A stretch of 53,590 nt of DNA from IMG/VR virus record IMGVR_UViG_3300046804_003838, positions 1 to 53,590 of that record. One strand, given 5' to 3'. How positions within the stretch are numbered: position 1 is the stretch's first letter; each line of letters begins with the position of its first letter. Positions 1 to 9,783 of the stretch are shown here, piece by piece. The translations under genes and the position numbers were made by a program. The notes under the pieces were generated by a model that saw only the letters and a list, made by a program, of their open reading frames with translations, had not been told where the DNA came from and did no database searches. This DNA is from a virus (lineage: Duplodnaviria; Caudoviricetes).

Positions 1-378
1 GTGTAAAATTTTACCTGTTTGAGATCCAATAACTTGAAATTTATCTAAATTTAATCCTGTTATTCCTTCTAGATCTCTCTTTTTCAATCGACCTTCAATG
101 TTTAGATAATACACATTCCTACCATCAGAAAAAGAATCTGATCCATATTCTGGTCTTTGTGCTGTTGCAGCAAATGCCAGACTTGTTGTGGTTTTACCAC
201 ATTTAGGCTGTCCTGTTAAAACAACAAAACTTCCTTCTGGAATTCCTCCTCCAAGAACCATATCTAGCGACGGACTAACAGGAATGATAATAGACTTTTT
301 ATCTACAACCGAGGATGCACTCAGAATAATATTCGCTCCAAAATCTTTAGTAACGCTATCTTTTAATTTAGTGCTCAT
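1..378 (-). CDS. recA: RecA/UvsX-like recombinase, N-terminal part (runs off window)
   Basis: Not in ORF track. Manual translation from ATG at 378: MSTKLKDSVTKDFG...SPSLDMVLGGGIPEGSFVVLTGQPKCGKTT...VYYLNIEGR, with the RecA LD-x-LGGG-P motif and Walker A. Confidence 0.85.
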   Translation of the reverse strand, partial: MSTKLKDSVTKDFGANIILSASSVVDKKSIIIPVSPSLDMVLGGGIPEGSFVVLTGQPKCGKTTTSLAFAATAQRPEYGSDSFSDGRNVYYLNIEGRLKKRDLEGITGLNLDKFQVIGSQTGKILH

Positions 379-787
379 TGTCAATTTCCTTTATAAGATC
401 TAATATATTCTTTGATTTTATGTGTTGTTCACCGCTAGAATTTGATACTCTTTTTATATCCTGAGTTTGCTCATTAGTTTGTTGATCCAGTTTGAGTTGC
501 TCTTGTTGTATTATAGCAAGAAGGTGCGGTGCTCTCAATGAATAAATTTTTTGAGCCTTTGTTGTCTTCAAAGCATTGATGATTGCTTTAGGATTATACG
601 TTTTAAGTAATTTATTAGCAGTAAAGATCTGAGACTTGTAAAATTTTGCCCATTCTTTATTGATCCAAAACTTATAATGTAAATCTTTTTTATCTTTTAA
701 TGCCAGATGTTCACATATTATCTCTGTAATATATTGAGCGGCTGACACGCTCTTGCCGTTAGAATACTTTGACGGATATTTTTGCAT
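368..787 (-). CDS. hypothetical protein
   Basis: 139-aa ORF overlapping the recA start; no motif recognised. Confidence 0.7.
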   Translation of the reverse strand: MQKYPSKYSNGKSVSAAQYITEIICEHLALKDKKDLHYKFWINKEWAKFYKSQIFTANKLLKTYNPKAIINALKTTKAQKIYSLRAPHLLAIIQQEQLKLDQQTNEQTQDIKRVSNSSGEQHIKSKNILDLIKEIDNEH

Positions 788-791
788 CTAT

Positions 792-1118
792 TTATTGGCG
801 AGGCTTATAGATATGATTAGAGTCTGTTTTCTTTGAATAAGTAGCCCTAGCAGCATCGGACATTTCCGAAGCCTCTTTAGTCATAATAGCCACACTGTTG
901 GTCTTTTTGTCTCTAGTGTGTCTTATCATTAAGTCACTGGCAGTAACTTTTGATGTCGTAGTTGCCAAAGTATTATCTGTAGACGCTGGCTTATTTTTTT
1001 CAATAAATTTTTCAACATTCGCTAGTGGGATCTTTAATTCTGTTGAAATGTCAATAGATGTTTTGTTTTGGGCTAATAAATACTGTATGGCGTAAGATTG
1101 TGTCTTAGTCAATTTCAT
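792..1118 (-). CDS. hypothetical protein, possible N-terminal HTH
   Basis: 108 aa; LTKTQ...KTSIDISTELKIP resembles an HTH; ATGA-type overlap with upstream gene. Confidence 0.6.
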   Translation of the reverse strand: MKLTKTQSYAIQYLLAQNKTSIDISTELKIPLANVEKFIEKNKPASTDNTLATTTSKVTASDLMIRHTRDKKTNSVAIMTKEASEMSDAARATYSKKTDSNHIYKPRQ

Positions 1119-1489
1119 CTTAATTCTCTTTCTGCTATATTTAAATGTGCTACGTTCTTTGTTCTTAAGAAGGATAAATACATATCAAATATTTTTTGAT
1201 TTACTTCTGTAAAATCCCATTCTGGTTTTCCTGTTCTTTTAGAAAAATTATTTCCACGACCTTCTGAAAAAATACCGATTGGATTATAAATCTTACCATG
1301 AGCACCGACCTTGATAAAATATCTTGTTCTATCTGAATATTCTATCTTTTTAGCTAAAACATCTTTAGAATCTTCTGATACAAGAGGGTTATTATCGTTA
1401 TCAAACGATTGTTGTTTTCCTAATATTGTATAAGTATAAACTGTTCTTGATTGATCTTCTTCAGGTTTCGGATTGTATATTCCCATCAT
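1115..1489 (-). CDS. hypothetical protein
   Basis: Start moved to ATG 1489, which follows an AGGAGG SD. Confidence 0.65.
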   Translation of the reverse strand: MMGIYNPKPEEDQSRTVYTYTILGKQQSFDNDNNPLVSEDSKDVLAKKIEYSDRTRYFIKVGAHGKIYNPIGIFSEGRGNNFSKRTGKPEWDFTEVNQKIFDMYLSFLRTKNVAHLNIAERELR

Positions 1490-1889
1490 CTGATTCCTCC
1501 TTTTTGAATATTTTAGCACATGATTGCTCTAGTGTGGTTTGTATAGAAGAATAAAATTCATCTATTAAATCTTTGTAGTTTTGTGCTGTAAAGTCTATGA
1601 TATAATCTTTGTGTATTTTTTCAATTACTTTTGGTTCTTTATATTTGTCACTAGACGCTTGAGATATGTCCGTTGATATATTTATTTTTACAATAAATGG
1701 AACTGGACCAGCATTTTCTTCTATATTTGTTTCATACAAAGACTTATTAACTTCATATTCTTTCTCTGCAAGTAATTTTTCGGCTTGCATGACCTTCTCA
1801 CGCAGTTCAAAATACTTCATTAAATCTTCAATAGAAATTACTGAGGTAATAAGATCATTTGCAACTGCGTCTGTTAAGATTCTGTCCAT
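1461..1889 (-). CDS. hypothetical protein
   Basis: 142-aa ORF packed in operon. Confidence 0.65.
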   Translation of the reverse strand: MDRILTDAVANDLITSVISIEDLMKYFELREKVMQAEKLLAEKEYEVNKSLYETNIEENAGPVPFIVKINISTDISQASSDKYKEPKVIEKIHKDYIIDFTAQNYKDLIDEFYSSIQTTLEQSCAKIFKKEESDDGNIQSET

Positions 1890-2224
1890 TTTATTTTCCC
1901 TGTTTTTTTCATTCTACTCATGCCTTTAGGCAGAGGTTTTTCAGACTCTACTTCCTTATAGTCATTGTGCTTTTTATATAGTTCAGCTTTATGATCATCT
2001 GATAATCTATCTCTGTTTCTATTAGCTAAATCGCCAATAGTTTTTAACTCAGTATCTGATTTTTTAACAGATGCTGATTGTGTAGCAACATCTTTAGCAT
2101 ATTCTCTACATGTTTCGATAGATCCGCATTTAATACACGCAGGGTTCGATACATAATCTTTAATATAAAAGAATAGCTCAAAAGAACTATGACAATCCTC
2201 ACACTGATATGAATAAGTAGGCAT
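1874..2224 (-). CDS. FmdB-family zinc-ribbon protein
   Basis: MPTYSYQCEDC...CIKCGS signature; start moved to ATG 2224, coupled to HNH stop. Confidence 0.8.
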   Translation of the reverse strand: MPTYSYQCEDCHSSFELFFYIKDYVSNPACIKCGSIETCREYAKDVATQSASVKKSDTELKTIGDLANRNRDRLSDDHKAELYKKHNDYKEVESEKPLPKGMSRMKKTGKIKWTES

Positions 2225-2808
2225 TATATATATGATTCTGGCAAATAGGTCAACCACTCTTCGGGTATGTTACTTTTTATTTTAAGTAGATGGTGGGTGA
2301 TTGGCAAGTATTTGAAATGCTTCTGAGGCATACACGGTAAATTTTTAAGTGGCATATTCGCTTGTTTTGGTGTTTTATTTCCCTTTTTCCTGTTGCAGTG
2401 AACGCATGATGTTACAATATTCGTCCAAGAAGTTGGACTTGCTCCATTTTTATCTGACCATAGAGATTTTGGAATCACATGATCATATGTTAATTCTTTG
2501 GGTTCGTATATTTTTCCACAATATTGACAAGCATGATCATCTCTTATAAAAAGATTTTTCCTTGAGAACTTTACTCTATAATTTGATATCCTATAATATC
2601 GTGCAGTTTTAGCTACTGCCGGTATTGGATGTTTCTTATTATTTATTCCTAGTATATAGTCATCTTTATAGAAGTCAATAATTTCTATACCAATAGATTT
2701 ATTTTCATGGTATTTCAATGACCATATAATGGCTTTGGTCCAATCTATAATAGTTAAAGGTGTATAGTCTGCATTTAATACTAGACATTTACTATTTTGG
2801 GGCTGCAT
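2224..2808 (-). CDS. HNH endonuclease (McrA-like)
   Basis: RD-x-CQYCG...LTYDHVIPKS...WTNIVTSCVHCNRKKG. Confidence 0.9.
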   Translation of the reverse strand: MQPQNSKCLVLNADYTPLTIIDWTKAIIWSLKYHENKSIGIEIIDFYKDDYILGINNKKHPIPAVAKTARYYRISNYRVKFSRKNLFIRDDHACQYCGKIYEPKELTYDHVIPKSLWSDKNGASPTSWTNIVTSCVHCNRKKGNKTPKQANMPLKNLPCMPQKHFKYLPITHHLLKIKSNIPEEWLTYLPESYI

Positions 2809-3520
2809 TTTCGTATGAGTCTAAACGATTTAATATCTTGACTATAATTGGATTTCTAACGATATCTTGATGCTCTAATTGACAGATCCCTATACCTTCT
2901 ACATTTAGGAGGGCATCAATTATATCAGTAAAACCCCCTCTCATGTGTCTATGTAAATCACTCTGACCAGCATCTCCGGTCAATACCATTTTACTATCAT
3001 TGCCTGTGCGTGTCAAGAGCATTTTTAATTGCTCATAAGTTGCGTTTTGACACTCATCTGCTACAATAAAGGCATTATGAAAGTTTCGACCTCTCATCAG
3101 TCCTAGAGGCACAACTTCTATTTTATTATTCAATTTTAGACTTGCATAATGAGCTTGACTAATAAAATGATTAATTTCATCTAAAATTGGCAATAAATAA
3201 GGATGTAATTTTTCTTCTGCTGTTCCTGGCAAATATCCTATTTTTTCTCCTGCTTCTAATACTGGTCTGGTTATAATAATCTTTTTTACTTTATTTTCTA
3301 AAAGATATTCTAATGCCATACCTATAGCGATATGTGTTTTACCACTACCGGCAAGACCTTGACAAAAAGTAATAGTATTTTCTGCTATAGTTCTAATATA
3401 TTCTTTTTGATTTTCAGTTCTTGGTTTTAATCTGTTTCTATAAGCATGTGCGTTTTCATTAACAATAGGATTAGTTGCATCAATAACTTTCTTTTTCTTG
3501 CTTTTTGTATTTTTTCTCAA
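2792..3520 (-). CDS. phoH: PhoH-family ATPase
   Basis: GLAGSGKT, ITRP, GYLPG, MRGRNF, ADECQN, LLTR, GDAGQSD motifs; TTG start. Confidence 0.95.
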   Translation of the reverse strand: MRKNTKSKKKKVIDATNPIVNENAHAYRNRLKPRTENQKEYIRTIAENTITFCQGLAGSGKTHIAIGMALEYLLENKVKKIIITRPVLEAGEKIGYLPGTAEEKLHPYLLPILDEINHFISQAHYASLKLNNKIEVVPLGLMRGRNFHNAFIVADECQNATYEQLKMLLTRTGNDSKMVLTGDAGQSDLHRHMRGGFTDIIDALLNVEGIGICQLEHQDIVRNPIIVKILNRLDSYENAAPK

Positions 3521-3541
3521 TGGTTACCCTTTGCTATAGAG

Positions 3542-5737
3542 TTAAATTAGACACGCACCACCAGCACAACTAATTTCCTCTATACCAGCAGTATTGTCCT
3601 CAGTCTCAGATAGTTGTGTATAATCAACCTTTTTGAAACTATCAAACAGATCACAATATAACTTCCAATTGTGGACATCTTTCATACAATATGTTAGACG
3701 TTTAATATCTCCATCAAAATATTTACCAGCAAAATTTTTCATCTTTGTCATAAATAGTAATTTATCTTGACTATCATTTTCTTTGGCTTGATTCATACTA
3801 ACATAATCACACGCAGCCCATAAATTATTAGTAAAAGCATTTAAGGCCAACTCAATCAAACCAGAACACCATAATGCAGCATCTCCGTACTCCTTAACAA
3901 TTTCTCTACTAGTATAAACAGTAGTGAATGGAGCCTGTGGATAGTCTTTATCTCCGCTTTGTGGAATAAGACTAATACCAGCAAAATACTTACGATTATC
4001 ATAAATATATTTGGTAACATCATCCCACTCATCAGGTTTAACGGTAACAGTATTACTAACATTATGACTAAGATATTCTTGAGTACATAATGCTTTATTC
4101 TTACCAGAATTTACCCAGTGTCTTTGTGTGTCTTTGACTACACTAAGCATTTCTACTGCTGGTAATTGATTTTTTAATTTAGCCCCATCTGGAACCTCAA
4201 TTGGAAATTTAATTACCTCGTCAGTATTATTGGCCGACCACGAAGACTTTTCACAAGCCTGTGGGTTTAGTTTCTTGAAGTGTTGATATGGTGCTTCTAA
4301 AACATTGGCCTGTACATGACGTATATAGCGTTTAGCGTGATGAGGATGGATGCCAGAACTAGTTCCAAGCATACTACTGCTAGTACCTTCTGGTTTTAGA
4401 CAAGTTACTCTTGCGGCTTGATTGATGCCAATTTTTTTAGAGAATTCCTTATTGGTATCAACAGCAACTTTTGCTCCATTTCGTAATACCTTTTCAGATA
4501 ATACAATGTCATACTTTTCCATTGTTCCTGTTAAAGAAACACCAAGCAAAGATTCTCTTTCAAAAATCTTTTGGCTAATTTCTCCAAGATATTCTAACTT
4601 AGTAAATCCTGCTTGTAAAGTTCCGATAATTGCTGCTGCTCTACATCTTTCATAAAAATCTTCTTCATCTTCAATAGAGGAACAATTAATAGTAGAAAGA
4701 TTACATCCTTGCCATCCGCTTTTTCCGCTTTCTTCATCAACAGGCCACATGCCAATTTCAACACAAGGATTAAAAATCATTTCTGTTGATTCGCTCCAAA
4801 TAAATCCAGGTTCGCCAAACTCTTTGACGCTTTCCATTAATGTTTGGAATTCTTCAAATGTTGTACTATCTTTTAGTAATAAAGCGGAGTTATTACTTCG
4901 TGCTCTTTGTGGATTTTCAATATACCAATTACCTGTTTTAGCCTTTGCCATCTCTTCATCATCTGGACTAAATAATGCTAAACTAGCAGAGCGACGAACA
5001 CCACCGCTTAACACAGCATCGCTACTGTGCATAACAATATCGTAAGCATCAATAGGACGAAGTTTCTTTTGTCCATTAGTGATACAACGATCTAATAGAG
5101 TTCGAATTTTTTCTAAACCATTTTGCAGAGGTTCAAATCCTGGTGCTTTTCCAACACCGCTTGCTAACATGGATCCTTTTGGTCTAATATTAGAATAGTC
5201 GAATACTACATAACTATTCTTATACATCTTAAATTCTTCAACAGGCTTACTGAAATAACTACTAAGAAGAACTCCTAGAGCATCCGCCCATCCTTCAATA
5301 CTGTCATCAATAGTATATTTAACTCCTACAGCATTTCCATCTATTTCATGTTCAAGAGTCGGTAGTTTTGCTACATGGTGTTTTTGAACACTAAAGCCAG
5401 TTCCGCTGCCACAAAGCAATAGCCAAAAACATTCTTGAAAGAATCTTAATCTGTCACAATATGAACTAGTGCAGTTATAAATTTTGGCATGTCTTTTAAG
5501 AATAGGATCTCCACCAAACTGTAGACCTCTTTGTGAGCCTAGAACCTTCTTTTTATACATAATATCATAAGCCCAGTCGATATCTTCTGATATTCCGCAT
5601 TGATCATATTTGGTGTGCATCATATTACGCACACGGTCCACTGCTTCCTTCCATGTTTCACGGCGATTTTTATCTTCTAGCCAACGAGCATATTTACTAA
5701 CGAAGGTATAATTTTGCAATTCTTGAAGCGCAGACAT
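3542..5737 (-). CDS. nrdJ: class II (B12-dependent, monomeric RTPR-type) ribonucleotide reductase
   Basis: YNC, GGVRRSA, NPCVEI, CNLS, KPEGT and C-terminal CAGGAC redox pair; no small subunit adjacent. Confidence 0.9.
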   Translation of the reverse strand: MSALQELQNYTFVSKYARWLEDKNRRETWKEAVDRVRNMMHTKYDQCGISEDIDWAYDIMYKKKVLGSQRGLQFGGDPILKRHAKIYNCTSSYCDRLRFFQECFWLLLCGSGTGFSVQKHHVAKLPTLEHEIDGNAVGVKYTIDDSIEGWADALGVLLSSYFSKPVEEFKMYKNSYVVFDYSNIRPKGSMLASGVGKAPGFEPLQNGLEKIRTLLDRCITNGQKKLRPIDAYDIVMHSSDAVLSGGVRRSASLALFSPDDEEMAKAKTGNWYIENPQRARSNNSALLLKDSTTFEEFQTLMESVKEFGEPGFIWSESTEMIFNPCVEIGMWPVDEESGKSGWQGCNLSTINCSSIEDEEDFYERCRAAAIIGTLQAGFTKLEYLGEISQKIFERESLLGVSLTGTMEKYDIVLSEKVLRNGAKVAVDTNKEFSKKIGINQAARVTCLKPEGTSSSMLGTSSGIHPHHAKRYIRHVQANVLEAPYQHFKKLNPQACEKSSWSANNTDEVIKFPIEVPDGAKLKNQLPAVEMLSVVKDTQRHWVNSGKNKALCTQEYLSHNVSNTVTVKPDEWDDVTKYIYDNRKYFAGISLIPQSGDKDYPQAPFTTVYTSREIVKEYGDAALWCSGLIELALNAFTNNLWAACDYVSMNQAKENDSQDKLLFMTKMKNFAGKYFDGDIKRLTYCMKDVHNWKLYCDLFDSFKKVDYTQLSETEDNTAGIEEISCAGGACLI

Positions 5738-5738
5738 A

Positions 5739-5876
5739 TTATCTCCTATGAAGAATACTTAAAAGACCTAGTATTACCGTTCCTTTAAAAGAATTATCTT
5801 TCATTTCCATATTTCCAGTAATACTAAAATAGAAATAACAGAACATTATTAAGTAAAAACAAATATTGTATATCAT
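5739..5876 (-). CDS. small hydrophobic protein (45 aa)
   Basis: Manual: MIYNICFYLIMFCYFYFSITGNMEMKDNSFKGTVILGLLSILHRR; ATGA overlap with deaminase stop; ends 1 nt before nrdJ ATG. Confidence 0.55.
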   Translation of the reverse strand: MIYNICFYLIMFCYFYFSITGNMEMKDNSFKGTVILGLLSILHRR

Positions 5877-6343
5877 AATACACCAGCTAATTGTTTCAAC
5901 CAAGAAAGATCTACATCAACTCTTTCGATTTTTAGACCGCTTAGTTGAACAAACTGATCAAAAATCTTTTGTTGATTTTCATCAAATTTATGAGTTCCAT
6001 GACTATTAGCCATGACAATATGAGTTATACCTTCTTGCCATAAAGCCATAACACAATCGTTACAGCATTGACCAGTAACATATGCTATACCATTATCTGG
6101 TCTAACAACACAATTACTTAAAGCATTTCTCTCAGCATGGATCATCCAATCATATTTCTCTGGACGAGTCAATGGAAGAATGGAATCATCCATGCTCTTT
6201 GGGAATCCATTATATCCAACTCCTAATATTCTATGATTTGTGTCTGTAATTACACAACCATGTTGAGTATGAATATCATGACTTCTTTGAGAAGCTACTT
6301 TCGCCAGTCCTAAAAAATAATTTGTCCATGTTGGTCGTTTCAT
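5873..6343 (-). CDS. dCMP deaminase
   Basis: RPTW..YF, GYNG, HAERNA, CCNDC zinc motif (ComEB-like). Confidence 0.9.
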   Translation of the reverse strand: MKRPTWTNYFLGLAKVASQRSHDIHTQHGCVITDTNHRILGVGYNGFPKSMDDSILPLTRPEKYDWMIHAERNALSNCVVRPDNGIAYVTGQCCNDCVMALWQEGITHIVMANSHGTHKFDENQQKIFDQFVQLSGLKIERVDVDLSWLKQLAGVL

Positions 6344-6349
6344 GGAGTT

Positions 6350-6377
6350 ATTATAGTTGTGACCGGCGCTAAGTCAA
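6350..6377 (-). promoter_or_regulatory. sigma70-like promoter, probably leaderless
   Basis: TTGACT-N16-TATAAT, 6 nt before the deaminase ATG; spacer holds GCCGGT variant. Confidence 0.65.
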
Positions 6378-6379
6378 GA

Positions 6380-6628
6380 CTACTTTGTTGAGAGTTTATT
6401 GTATAGAATTAGGGTTACAATACCACCTGCTATGCCCATTATGATACCAGCAGGTGATACGGCATTATACTGTCCTAAAAGATACAGTATTGCTCCTCCC
6501 ATATATGATCCGGCCACGCCTAATGCGACAGTTTTTACAAAACCAAAATTTTCTTCACCAGGAACTATGCTTTTAGCAATAGATCCTACAAATAAACCAT
6601 AAACACACCATACAAGAATATTAAACAT
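6380..6628 (-). CDS. GlsB/YeaQ/YmgE-family stress-response membrane protein
   Basis: GLFVGSIAKSIVPG...TVALGVAGSYMGG...GIAGGIV; three TM helices. Confidence 0.8.
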   Translation of the reverse strand: MFNILVWCVYGLFVGSIAKSIVPGEENFGFVKTVALGVAGSYMGGAILYLLGQYNAVSPAGIIMGIAGGIVTLILYNKLSTK

Positions 6629-7022
6629 TTGATGCCTCCACTAAGGAATAAACTTCATCATCCGTGAGATTTTCGCCAACATCCATTAATGATTCTGTAA
6701 TTTTTATACCATACTTGTGGTAGTCTTCCGATGATAGTTGTTTTTTTAACACTCTTTTAATTCTTAGTCTTGTAAACCATCCACGTTTTTTACTGTATGT
6801 TCTGATAGCCTCGCCATATATAGAAGACTTATCTTTGCAATTCATATCGTGAGTTTTATTTTTATTACATTCTTGTAATACTCTAATAACTGTTAGTATG
6901 ATACTTACCATCATTAAAATAGCTATAATACTTCCGAACTTTTGATCATCAGGAATATTGGATTGCTTCAAAACTTTGTGTGCAATATTTTCAACTTCTT
7001 TATTTTGTATATTATCACTCAT
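6621..7022 (-). CDS. hypothetical membrane protein
   Basis: One TM segment (FGSIIAILMMVSIILTVI). Confidence 0.65.
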   Translation of the reverse strand: MSDNIQNKEVENIAHKVLKQSNIPDDQKFGSIIAILMMVSIILTVIRVLQECNKNKTHDMNCKDKSSIYGEAIRTYSKKRGWFTRLRIKRVLKKQLSSEDYHKYGIKITESLMDVGENLTDDEVYSLVEASNV

Positions 7023-7024
7023 AT

Positions 7025-7357
7025 TTACCTCGTCACTTTATTTGGTTGTGAACAAGTACCATTAGGGCATATCTGCTTTATTGTTGCTGGAGGATGAACT
7101 AATACTTTTGGAGGCTCTGTTTTTTCTGGCTCACAATATCCACAATCAACCATTTTGATACCATCTCCACTCAAATACTTTCCTGTTCCTTTGCATACCG
7201 GACAATCTTTGCGTTTATACTTTTTTATATTATCTACATCACGGGATTTAATAATGCTACCAGCCGCTGTTACTGCTGCTGTTGGTGAAACAGCAAAGGA
7301 CTCGACACAATGAAGAGCAAAAGAAAAACAGAGCAATATGATAAAAATGTTATTCAT
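7025..7357 (-). CDS. exported protein with CxxCxGxG zinc motif
   Basis: Signal-like N-terminus; CPVCKGTG...CGYC; start at ATGA overlap 7357. Confidence 0.65.
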   Translation of the reverse strand: MNNIFIILLCFSFALHCVESFAVSPTAAVTAAGSIIKSRDVDNIKKYKRKDCPVCKGTGKYLSGDGIKMVDCGYCEPEKTEPPKVLVHPPATIKQICPNGTCSQPNKVTR

Positions 7358-7509
7358 TTTTTTCTCCATCGTGGAAATATTTTTTTTGGGGGCTTTGGAA
7401 TTTCAATATCATCAATAGCTTTTGGAGCAAATATTTTAAGTAATCCTAATATAAAATTAGTAATTATACTAATTAAACGATTTAATGCTATTTTATCTAT
7501 TAGTCTCAT
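7354..7509 (-). CDS. small amphipathic protein (51 aa)
   Basis: Manual: MRLIDKIALNRLISIITNFILGLLKIFAPK...RWRKK; ATGA overlaps at both ends. Confidence 0.65.
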   Translation of the reverse strand: MRLIDKIALNRLISIITNFILGLLKIFAPKAIDDIEIPKPPKKIFPRWRKK

Positions 7510-8363
7510 TGTTGTTTTCTAATAAAAAAATTGTTTGTTGCTGGAGAGGACATATAGTTTGGACCAGGAACTCCACAATACATAGCATTTGATGCTGCTC
7601 CCCCACCCGGACAACAGTACCACCCATCTGGATAAATACCATCTGGACACTCTGTTGGTTCAGCATATGTTGGTGCTGCTAATTTTCTTATATTATAAAT
7701 ATTATTTTTAGTATGAACAAAATAACCTGAATAACTTGGAGTAACCTCGCCTCCTGTACAGGTTACAGACACTCTTGAAGTAGGAGTCTCTGTTAAACTT
7801 CCAACACCTGTCCAATATTCTTCAGTGCCGCTATAGTTACTAACAGGAGGAGTAGTAGAAGTTGATTGAAAATCACCATTATATAAAACTGTACCGGCAG
7901 AGTTAACTATTTTCCACATATTAGTTGCCCAATATATAGCTATTAAATTTGCTCCACTTCCTTTATAATAGCCAGAAACTGTGCCTACTCCACCGCCGAT
8001 GGATATAGAATTACTCCAAACATAAGTACCATTGACAGGACTCCATGCATCTGAAACCAATATAGATATTTCTGTATTTCCTGTAACAAATTCATATGTT
8101 TGTATAGGTGGAGATATTCCGCTTATAGATGTCCAACTAGTAGCACTAACAGGCAGAGATGAGTTAACTGTTGTTGATAGCCTATACAATACTGATGAAT
8201 AACCATTGCCATCTATAAGATCCCAAGTAGTATTGCTATTTGTTAAATAAATACCATAAAAAAATGGATCATCTACTTTTAAAAAAGTATCATTTTGAAG
8301 ATTACCTTCATAAATACCACTAGCTACTAATGAACCACCACAAGCAACATAAATATTACTCAT
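7506..8363 (-). CDS. Ser/Thr/Gly-rich beta-rich protein with duplicated domain, possible virion/adhesin protein
   Basis: Two related units (V..G/A..V.G.Y ... W.i...g..vLY ... pPvS ... W); Cys-rich C-terminus. Confidence 0.6.
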   Translation of the reverse strand: MSNIYVACGGSLVASGIYEGNLQNDTFLKVDDPFFYGIYLTNSNTTWDLIDGNGYSSVLYRLSTTVNSSLPVSATSWTSISGISPPIQTYEFVTGNTEISILVSDAWSPVNGTYVWSNSISIGGGVGTVSGYYKGSGANLIAIYWATNMWKIVNSAGTVLYNGDFQSTSTTPPVSNYSGTEEYWTGVGSLTETPTSRVSVTCTGGEVTPSYSGYFVHTKNNIYNIRKLAAPTYAEPTECPDGIYPDGWYCCPGGGAASNAMYCGVPGPNYMSSPATNNFFIRKQQ

Positions 8364-9289
8364 AAATAATCCTCAAAACCATAAGAAGGTAATTTTTGTA
8401 CTGGAAAGCCATCAAAATTACTAAAAGCATAACTTCCATTTTGTGCTAACATACCAGCAGCAACTTCTGCTCGTATTAAAAAACTACCATCTGGTATCGG
8501 ACCCCATTCTGGATGTCCACCATCGTTCCATTTTCCCCAACTATTTTGCACCAAGAATAATGGCTCACTTCCACTATCGTCACACGCTATCCAAGCCATA
8601 CAATGAGCCCAACTACCACTTACATTAGCAATTCCCTTTTTATCTCTTTTATTACTAAATCCATAACTAGAACATACTGCTAAACCATAACCATTAGCTA
8701 AAGCATCTCTAGCTTCTTCAATAGTTTTTGTTAAACTTACTGTTTTTATTTGGTGATCATTAGATAGATCTATCACAGGATCTGGTAATCCCCTAGCACC
8801 CCAACCAGCACCAAGATTACCATTATATTTAGTAAAATCTGCTACGCCCTTATAATTCTTCCTTAAAACTATGCCTCCATTTTTACTTACAAATTCAGCA
8901 GCCCGTGAACAACTCATACCTTGTCCACCATGACCTCTTGCCCCGTATATTGCTTCTGTAGCACCTCTAGCAATCCATGCTTCTCTTTCGCCACCAATAT
9001 CAATTTCTACTGCACGACTCACATCACATGCGTTTCTTGTTCCATGACTTACGCAATCTCCAGTAGTTTGTCTCTCTTCATAAGCTTTTTTATCAAACTT
9101 CAAAACACTTTTATATGGTGTCGATAGTTTACCTTTACCACTTCCAATTAATCGTTTACTGGCACCATCTCCAAATAATGGATATTTACTCACTTCCATT
9201 AAATGATCAAAAACGTGTTGTTCCCATAAACAACCGCTAAAACCTTTACGATAATTATTATATAGTTCTTCTGGAGAATATCTTGGCAT
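8360..9289 (-). CDS. papain-like (C1-type) cysteine peptidase
   Basis: Q-TTGD-C-VSH (oxyanion Gln, catalytic Cys), WA-H-CMA, LVQ-N-SWG. Confidence 0.8.
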   Translation of the reverse strand: MPRYSPEELYNNYRKGFSGCLWEQHVFDHLMEVSKYPLFGDGASKRLIGSGKGKLSTPYKSVLKFDKKAYEERQTTGDCVSHGTRNACDVSRAVEIDIGGEREAWIARGATEAIYGARGHGGQGMSCSRAAEFVSKNGGIVLRKNYKGVADFTKYNGNLGAGWGARGLPDPVIDLSNDHQIKTVSLTKTIEEARDALANGYGLAVCSSYGFSNKRDKKGIANVSGSWAHCMAWIACDDSGSEPLFLVQNSWGKWNDGGHPEWGPIPDGSFLIRAEVAAGMLAQNGSYAFSNFDGFPVQKLPSYGFEDYL

Positions 9290-9783
9290 TATTTACTTCC
9301 TTCATTACAGGCCCATGATAAAGCTTTAAAAGCTTCTACAGATTTTGCTCTAAGATCATCATTAAGTGAAACGGAATCGTCTCCGATAACACTAGTCACC
9401 AAATTGGTACATGCTTTAGCTAAATTGGAATATTTTCCTTTCATATCCATTTTTAACATTAGTCCAGCCAAAGAATTGGCTTGACGTATTTCATCAGTAT
9501 TTTTGATCACAACATCTTCACCACTTAAAGATATCAATGTAGCCAAATCATTATATAATTGAGCTAGTTTTACTCCGTCTTGTTTGCGATCAGACCCTCC
9601 ATTTTGTAGAGATTCTATAACGTCCACTGTAAGAGTCTGAAGGTCTTTGTTTGTGGGCTTATCTACAACCACAACAACCGAATCATCAACATGAACCGGT
9701 TTGATCCAAGATTCAAGATTAGGTTTGAATAAACCTATTGCTATTAGAGCAACGCCCACAGCTAATAATACATTCTTATTCAT
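9289..9783 (-). CDS. signal-anchored helical protein
   Basis: N-terminal hydrophobic anchor; coupled to peptidase. Confidence 0.65.
   Translation of the reverse strand: MNKNVLLAVGVALIAIGLFKPNLESWIKPVHVDDSVVVVVDKPTNKDLQTLTVDVIESLQNGGSDRKQDGVKLAQLYNDLATLISLSGEDVVIKNTDEIRQANSLAGLMLKMDMKGKYSNLAKACTNLVTSVIGDDSVSLNDDLRAKSVEAFKALSWACNEGSK

Noticed and set aside
3542-5737. Intein or intron in the ribonucleotide reductase
   Set aside because: Normal length and continuous motifs; no intein termini or LAGLIDADG blocks
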